A DNA stretch of 64,000 nucleotides from an uncultured Gemmatimonadales bacterium. GTDB taxonomy: Bacteria > Gemmatimonadota > Gemmatimonadetes > Longimicrobiales > RSA9. Numbering within the stretch: the stretch's first letter is position 1; each line of letters opens with the position of its first letter. The stretch lies in the NCBI GenBank assembly GCA_963798085.1, contig CAWCRS010000009.1, positions 192,001-256,000 of the forward strand, read 5' to 3'. The notes beneath the pieces were generated by a model. That model was given only the letters and a program-made list of their open reading frames with translations. It was not told the origin of the DNA and made no database searches. Positions 57,500 through 64,000 of this stretch are shown here, piece after piece. Both the position numbers and the translations under genes were made by a program.

Positions 57500-58916
57500 G
57501 TGCTGACGCTGGGTGGACCCGGGGTCTCGATCCGGCTGGGACACTGGCACGAGCCGGTCGTCTGCGATGGCGAAGACACCCGCCAGACAGCGCTCCGCTT
57601 CGGGGATCTCGTGGAGGCGACGACGCTGCTTCGCGCCTTCGTCGAAACGCCGCTCGCATGGCAGGGCCTGCGCCAGCTGCTGACTGAAGCCGCGCCCTCC
57701 GAGACTGGCGTCCACGACGTCGCATCGGACAGCGTGCAGCGCGCCGCCGAACTGCTGCTCGAGGGCCGCCTGCAGGCGTTGCGCTGTGAGCGTGAGTTCT
57801 GGGCCGAATCGGTAATTGGCCCGGAGCCACGCCCGGAACCCGAGCCGCCTCGCCCGGCGCCGCCTCCGCCCGGACCCCGGCGCGAGCCTGCGCCTGTGCT
57901 CTCCTTCTACGAGGTGGCACTGCTGGATGAGCTGGAAGCGGGCATTGCCGGCGTGACGCTCGAGCTGAACACGCCGGGCGGCCGGCGCCAGCTGAAGACG
58001 GACGGTTCGGGCAAGGTGCGCATCGACAACGAGCCGCCCGGGCAGGGCACGGCGCGCATTGCCAGCGCCACGCAGCTGGCGCAGGCGCTGCAGGACCGCC
58101 TGTCGCGGCCCGTCCGTAACAAGCCGTTACCAGAACCGGCCAATGACCTCGTGATCGTGACACCCGCGAAGGCAGCGGGCACCGTGTCGTTCCCTGATGC
58201 TCGACCGCAGCGCATCATGATCGTGGCGCGCACCAACGTCGTGTCCGCCACGACGAGTCAGGCGTGGGGCGACCTCGCGCCCGCCGACGACGGCGGACCC
58301 TGGGATTTCGCGCAGGACCTGTGCAGTCTGCTCAAGCTGTGCTCCACCGGCGAAGGCACCGGCACCGTGATCGGGCAGCGCCCCCTCGACCCGCTCGAGC
58401 CCCCCGAAGCATCGCCCTCGCCCGACCCGCTGCCCAATACACTCTGGCCTTCGCCGGATACCTGCATCGCACAACCGGACGACACGTTCGCGACCCTTGC
58501 ACAGCGTTACCTCGGTGATGCGGAGCGCGGCAGCGAGATCCAGCAGCGGAATCCGCTGCTGGCCGCGCTCGCGCTGTTCGCGCCCATTCCGCCGGGAACA
58601 CCCGTGCTGATGCCGTCCGGTTCAATGCCTTCGTTCATGCAGTCCTCGTCGCCAGGCGAATGGCCCGCGGCCGAGGCGGCGCCGCAATCGCCCTGGCTCA
58701 ATGTCGACGTCGAATGCGCTGCACGACGACCTTTTCAACAGCGCGTACGACGCGGTGATCAGCACCTTGAGCGGCGCGCTCGAGGAACCGCCGCCGCCGC
58801 CCCCGCCGGACTGGCCGCCGCCTGTTGGCGAATCGGTCGAGTTCGCCAACCAAATGCTGGTTCTGGCAATGCAGGGCTACGTGGACTCACCCATCGAGCC
58901 CGAGGAGCCGGCGTGA
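57500..58916 (+). CDS. Pro-rich hypothetical protein with LysM-like domain, frameshift near 58713
   Basis: FYEVALLDELEAGIAGVTLELNTPGGRRQLKTDGSG beta-sandwich-like segment; TCIAQPDDTFATLAQRYLGD..EIQQRNP..PGTPVLMP LysM-like segment. Confidence 0.6.
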
Positions 58917-58965
58917 ACCCGTCGCCTCGATCGGGAACGGGGCTCAGCGTGATCCGGCCGCCTTC

Positions 58966-60411
58966 ATGACCATTCGCCTGCAGGTCCAGTGGCCCAACGC
59001 AGACCACCCGCTGCTGCAGGGCGTGTCCGTCGACATGACCATCGATGGCTCGCCCAACCTGCCCATCTCGGCGACACCGGGTAAGATCCTGTTTGATATC
59101 GACGAGGGCAGTTCGCACGTTCTGCTCAAGGTGAAGTTCGAGCCTACCCTGCCGATCCCCGATCTGGAAACGGTTCCGATCGAAGTGCTGAGCGCGGACC
59201 AGGCCTGGAACGTCGAAGGCAACACGCTGCGTCCGGACCCGACACCGTTCCACCTCGAAGACGGCGAGATCATCCTGCAGAATGTCCACCCGCTCATTGA
59301 CACGATCAGTGCCGGCAACGCGGCCTCGGGTGTGACCATTGCCGAAGTGCGTACGGAGTATGTGGACTCTACCGACATCTGGGGCCTGGTCGCGAATGGC
59401 TATTTCCTGAGCGAGTACACGGCGGACAAGGAGCCCGGCATCAACCTGGTGTCGATAGCGGCCACAGGAAAACGAGGGCCGCCGCTCTGGTTCGCGAACT
59501 TCCCGACAGGCCTGATGCCGCCCACGCCGGAAGTCGGCACGTTCATTTTCTTCCGGCCCACCATGCAGTACGACTACAGCACGGCATGGGACAAGCGGCA
59601 CGGCGGCGACTGGGGACAGTCGCTGCTGAACCGGTACATGCTGGCCGGCGGCGATCCCAATGTTCCGGTCATACGCTGGTACACGAGCTTGATGGATCGT
59701 CCCGGCGGCGCCATGTGGCTGATCCGCGATGCCTATGCACTGCGCTGTTCCATGCAGAGCGCCATGCTGAAGAGTGGCCGGCCCATCGTCGCGCTGCATC
59801 CCTGGCCCACGGGCGGTACGAATTTCGGCGACGCAATGAATGCCAACCTGCCCGAGGCGCTGCGCGGGATTCTGCGGATGCTGCGCGGCCTGGGTTACGT
59901 CGGCATCAATCACCCGGCCATCGTGCCCGGACGGGTCGGCATTGGCGGTTTCAGCGCGGGTGGCAGGCCCGTGTTCGCGTCGCTCCTGGCGAATCGCACA
60001 CTGGTCAAGGAGCTGTATCTCTGGGACCCGATGGGTCTCGCTGCGGTGGCGCCATTCATCATTCAGTGGGCACGACACACGCCGGATTTCCGACTGCACA
60101 TGACCGGGCTCAACGCCTACGCTTCGATGATGGGCATCTACAACGCCGTACGCGCGGGTGTGAGCGGTGAGGCCGGCGATCTTTTTCTGTCCGCGCAGCC
60201 CCAGGACCAGCGCTTCTGGAACCCCGTCGACAAAGGCGGCAGTCCCTACTGGAACTTCGTGATCCAGGAACATCCCGAGATGCAGCACGACTGGAGCGTC
60301 ATGCACCAGTTCATGATGTTCGGAGGCAGCGAGATCCAGGTGAACGAAGCCAACAAGATCGACAACAACGTGACCTGGTTCGAGAAGTTTCTGAACGCGT
60401 CGGGATTCTGA
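58966..60411 (+). CDS. Hypothetical protein with C-terminal alpha/beta-hydrolase-like domain
   Basis: Long clean ORF; VGIGGFSAGG (GxSxG), LYLWDP and a C-terminal His. Confidence 0.65.
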   Translation: MTIRLQVQWPNADHPLLQGVSVDMTIDGSPNLPISATPGKILFDIDEGSSHVLLKVKFEPTLPIPDLETVPIEVLSADQAWNVEGNTLRPDPTPFHLEDGEIILQNVHPLIDTISAGNAASGVTIAEVRTEYVDSTDIWGLVANGYFLSEYTADKEPGINLVSIAATGKRGPPLWFANFPTGLMPPTPEVGTFIFFRPTMQYDYSTAWDKRHGGDWGQSLLNRYMLAGGDPNVPVIRWYTSLMDRPGGAMWLIRDAYALRCSMQSAMLKSGRPIVALHPWPTGGTNFGDAMNANLPEALRGILRMLRGLGYVGINHPAIVPGRVGIGGFSAGGRPVFASLLANRTLVKELYLWDPMGLAAVAPFIIQWARHTPDFRLHMTGLNAYASMMGIYNAVRAGVSGEAGDLFLSAQPQDQRFWNPVDKGGSPYWNFVIQEHPEMQHDWSVMHQFMMFGGSEIQVNEANKIDNNVTWFEKFLNASGF

Positions 60412-60427
60412 AGCAGAGCCGTCGCCT

Positions 60428-60469
60428 GAAATACGAAAGGGGGTACGCGCCTCTCGGCACGCACCCCCT
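60428..60469 (-). terminator. Intrinsic terminator downstream of lon
   Basis: AGGGGGTGCGTGCC-GAGA-GGCGCGTACCCCCT followed by TTCGTATTT. Confidence 0.75.
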
Positions 60470-60493
60470 GATGCTGCCATTCCCGCGCCGGAC

Positions 60494-63068
60494 TCAGTGC
60501 ATCGTGGTTTCCTGCGAGGGCAGCCGGGTCTCGGGGAACACGAGTGATCCCTTCTCCAGACTCGCGCCGCGCAGGGCCAGCGCCAGCACCTCGCCCAGAT
60601 CGCGCACCGTGTGGAACTTCATCTGCGCGTGCACCTCGCGCGGCAGATCATCGAGATACGCCTCGTTGTCCTTGGGCAGAATGATTTCGCGGATCCCGGC
60701 ACGGTAGGCGCCGAGCACTTTCTCCTTCAGCCCGCCGATGGGCAGCACGCGACCGGTGAGCGTGATTTCGCCGGTCATGGAAACGTCGCTGCGCACGGGT
60801 CGCGCCGACAACGCGGACACGATCGCCGTCGCCATTGTCACGCCCGCCGACGGACCATCCTTGGGAATGGCGCCGGCCGGCACGTGAATGTGCAGCTCGA
60901 CTGTCCTTCAGATTCTCCTCCGGAATGCCCAGCCGGTCGTAATGCGTCTTGGCGTACGTAAGCGCCGCACGCGCGGACTCCTTCATCACGTCGCCCAGCT
61001 GTCCGGTGAGAATCAGTCCATCGCGGCCCTTGGCCACGCTGGCTTCGACGAACATGATGTCACCGCCCACGGGCGTGTAGAACATGCCTGTTGCGACGCC
61101 CACCATGTCTTCGCCCGCCGCCCGCTCCGGATGGACCCTCGCGCGGCCCAGCAGGTCATCCATGTCAGCTGGTCGATCGTCACGTGCTCCGACTTCGCCG
61201 GCCGCAATGCGACGCGCCGCCTTGCGCGCGACCTTGCCCAGCTCGCGCTCGAGTTGGCGCACGCCGGCTTCGCGCGTGTACTCACTGATCACGGTCTCCA
61301 GGCGCCGTGTCCGTGACATCGATCTGCTCCTCACCCAGCCCGTTCTCATCGCGCTGGCGAGGAATCAGGTAACGGCGTGCGATCTCCTTCTTCTCCAGCT
61401 CGGTGTAGCCGGTGAACTCGACCGTCTCCATGCGGTCGAGCAGCGGCGCCGGGATCTGATCCCGGTAGTTCGCCGTGGCAATGAACAGCACCTCGGACAG
61501 ATCGAACGGCAGACCGAGGTAATGGTCGACGAACGAGTGGTTCTGCGCCGGATCGAGCACCTCGAGCAGTGCCGCCGAGGGATCGCCCTGCAGACTGACA
61601 CCGAGCTTGTCGACCTCGTCGAGCAGGAACACGGGATTCTTGGTGGCTGCCTGGCGCAGGCCCTGGATGATGCGGCCCGGCATGGCACCCACGTAGGTAC
61701 GCCGGTGTCCGCGGATGTCGGCTTCATCGCGCGCGCCGCCCAGGGCGATGCGCACGTACTTGCGCGAGAGCGCGCGCGCAATCGACTTGGCGATGGATGT
61801 CTTGCCCACACCCGGCGGTCCCACGAAGAGCAGGATCGGTCCGCGACCCACCGCCTTCGCCTTCGCGCGCACCTCGCTCTTGTGCGACCTCCTTCACGCC
61901 CTCGCCCTTGCCGAACTCGTCCAGCGGACCAATCTCCTCGGCGCCGCCGTTCTTCGAACTTCGGCGGCGCGACACCTGCGTCTCTTCCTCCACTTCGACC
62001 TTCAGCTTCTCCTCTTCCGCAGCCTCCCTCGCCGCCCGCTCCATCTGGCAGCTTGCGCACGGCCAGGAACTCGAGAATGCGATCCTTCACATCTTCGAGA
62101 CCGTAATGGTCCTCCTCGAGGATGCGCTCGGCTTCGGGCAGATCGATCTTGTCTTCCGTGCGCTCGTTCCAGGGCAGCTCGGCGACCAGCTCGAGATACG
62201 TACGCACCACCTGGTATTCCGCGGACTGCGGGTTCGTGCGCCGCAGTCTGCCCAACTCGCGCTCGATCTCGGTCCTGGCTTCGGGCGGAAGCTCGAGGGA
62301 GTGCAGGCGCTCCTCCAGCTCCTCGATCTCGGAGCCTTCGTCCTCTTCACCCAGCTCTTTCTGAATCGCCTTCATCTGTTCGCGCAGCACCATCTCGCGC
62401 TGCTTCTCGCCCAGCTCTTCCTGCACCTTCTGCTGGATCTCCTGCTGCGCCTCGAGGCGCACGAGATCGCGCTCCACGCCGACGAGCACGCGGCGCATGC
62501 GCTCGGGCACGGGAAACAGCTCGAGCAGCTGCTGCTTCTCGCCCGCGGGCATGTCCAGATAGAAGGCGACGAGGTCCGCGAACGCGCCCGGCTCCTCGAC
62601 ACCCTGTACGATCTGCGCCAGCGCCTCGCGGGGCATGCCGCGACGCCGGCCCAGCTCGACCGCGCGCTCACGCAGCTCGCGATCGAGTGCGATCACCGCA
62701 GGCTCGTACGGCTTCGACGGCTCCTGCGGATCGATGACCCAGATGTCGGCCTCGAGCATGGAATCACCCTTGCGCGTGTACGTAAGGGCCTTCGCACGCT
62801 TTTCGCCGTGAATCAGTACCTGGAGTCCGCCCGTCGAGCGCTGCACCTGCACCACGCGCACGATCACACCCATTTCGTACAGCACTTCGGGAACGGCCTC
62901 GTCTACGTTCTCCCGCTGGCAGGCCGCGAACAGCAGGCGGTCGCCATCGAGCACTTTTTCGATTGCTTCCAGCGTGCCCGGCCGGCCGGCACTGATAGGA
63001 AGCGCCACGCCGGGGAACACGACGGTCTCCCGCATGGGGAGCACGGGCATTTTCAGTCGCTCAGCCAT
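60494..63068 (-). CDS. lon: ATP-dependent Lon protease, about 5 frameshifts
   Basis: [13 protein letters not shown]-domain, [50 protein letters not shown]. Confidence 0.93.
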
Positions 63069-63386
63069 TGTTCTTCTTCAGTTGAAAGTCCGGTCCCGCC
63101 GACACGGCAGTATCCGGATGAGTCTCGACAGCAGGGAGCAGGAATCTTGCCATCCGCGGTGGCTTTTCTTTCACGCGTGTTATTGCTGGAGATGCACGCG
63201 GCGAGGCGCGAAGCCGGGTCGCCGCGGGTTCGAGCGTGAGGCTGGCTGCGCGTCGCGCACGGTGCCGAATGCCGGCCGATTTGGCAAGGATCGCCGCGCG
63301 ACTGTCTGCGCGGCAGGCGAGCAGCGGCTCGCGATTCGTGCGGCCGTGAATCGTGACGCAGGAGCGGTCCGTGCAACCGCGCCGCG

Positions 63387-64000
63387 TCAGCGGATCAGAT
63401 CGCCGATGCGACTCCAGCGGATGTGATTGAAGAGCGGAATCGGACCCAGTGCGTTACGGTCGTAGGAGAAGTAGAGCACGACGGCCTTGCCCTTCATCCA
63501 CGACGGATCGACGAAGCCCCAGTAGCGCGAGTCGAGGCTCTCATCGCGGTTGTCGCCCATGACGAAGTACTTCCCCAGCGGCACGACGAGCGGGCCCCAG
63601 TTGTCGCGCGTGGGCTGATACGTGCGCGGATCGATGGTGTCCGCGAGGTAGCTCGACTGCCAGCCCATCCAGTTGGGTGCGGGTGCGTCGCCCGTCGGAT
63701 CGGTGTGCCGCACATAGGGCTCGATTTGAGCCACGCCGTCGATCGATAACACACCGTCCTTCATCGACAGCGTGTCGCCCGGCATGCCGATGAGTCGCTT
63801 CACCAGATCGATCGGCTCGTGGTGCCCGCGGAACACGATGACATCACCGCGCTGCGGATGCGTGTAGCCGGGCAGATGCATGTGCGTGCCGGGAATGGTC
63901 GCGCCGTACGCCGACTTGCTGAGCACGAGGAAGTCACCCACCAGCAGGGTGTTTTCCATCGAACCCGATGTGATGGTGAAGGTCTGGATCAGGAAGGTGC
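63387..64000 (-). CDS. lepB: Signal peptidase I (5' end outside the window)
   Basis: TFTITSGSMENTLLVGD, VKRLIGMPGD, MGDNRDESLDSRYWG. Confidence 0.95.
   Translation of the reverse strand, partial: TFLIQTFTITSGSMENTLLVGDFLVLSKSAYGATIPGTHMHLPGYTHPQRGDVIVFRGHHEPIDLVKRLIGMPGDTLSMKDGVLSIDGVAQIEPYVRHTDPTGDAPAPNWMGWQSSYLADTIDPRTYQPTRDNWGPLVVPLGKYFVMGDNRDESLDSRYWGFVDPSWMKGKAVVLYFSYDRNALGPIPLFNHIRWSRIGDLIR

Overview
High-GC bacterial chromosomal window. The gene content (PadR/ADOP-permease pairs, Ser/Thr kinase-TPR protein, NHL propeller lipoproteins, IorAB-like molybdoenzymes) resembles Gemmatimonadota/Acidobacteriota; this taxonomy is inferred. About 20 genes or junctions carry single-base frameshifts that look like long-read consensus errors, many at the same CAGATG/GATG context. 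From left to right: the end of a polysaccharide/glycosylation cluster, an IorB-like gene, PadR+ADOP permease, an 11-gene ACP-dependent operon, MBL hydrolase, APC permease, kinase, iorAB, LytS/LytTR, DinB, three more ADOP permeases, AKR, thiC with a TPP riboswitch, flavin amine oxidase, DUF2946-like uORF + TonB receptor, amidohydrolase, a cysteine synthase/JAB/Ubl-MoeB-rhodanese operon, a LysM/hydrolase pair, lon and lepB. Best candidates for new biology: (1) a complete polyketide beta-branching cassette (HMGS, ECH1, ECH2, AcpK-like ACP, PksF-like KS) with type II FAS enzymes but no modular PKS, whose KS keeps its catalytic Cys (10.1-18.9 kb); (2) a Cys-codon leader peptide with mutually exclusive antiterminator and intrinsic terminator ahead of the cysteine operon (55.9-56.05 kb); (3) a sulfur carrier fused in frame to its E1 enzyme next to a JAB peptidase; (4) a CruR/CutF-like metal-sensing uORF with a variant IGPP arrest motif. 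All calls come from reading the sequence; no database searches were run.
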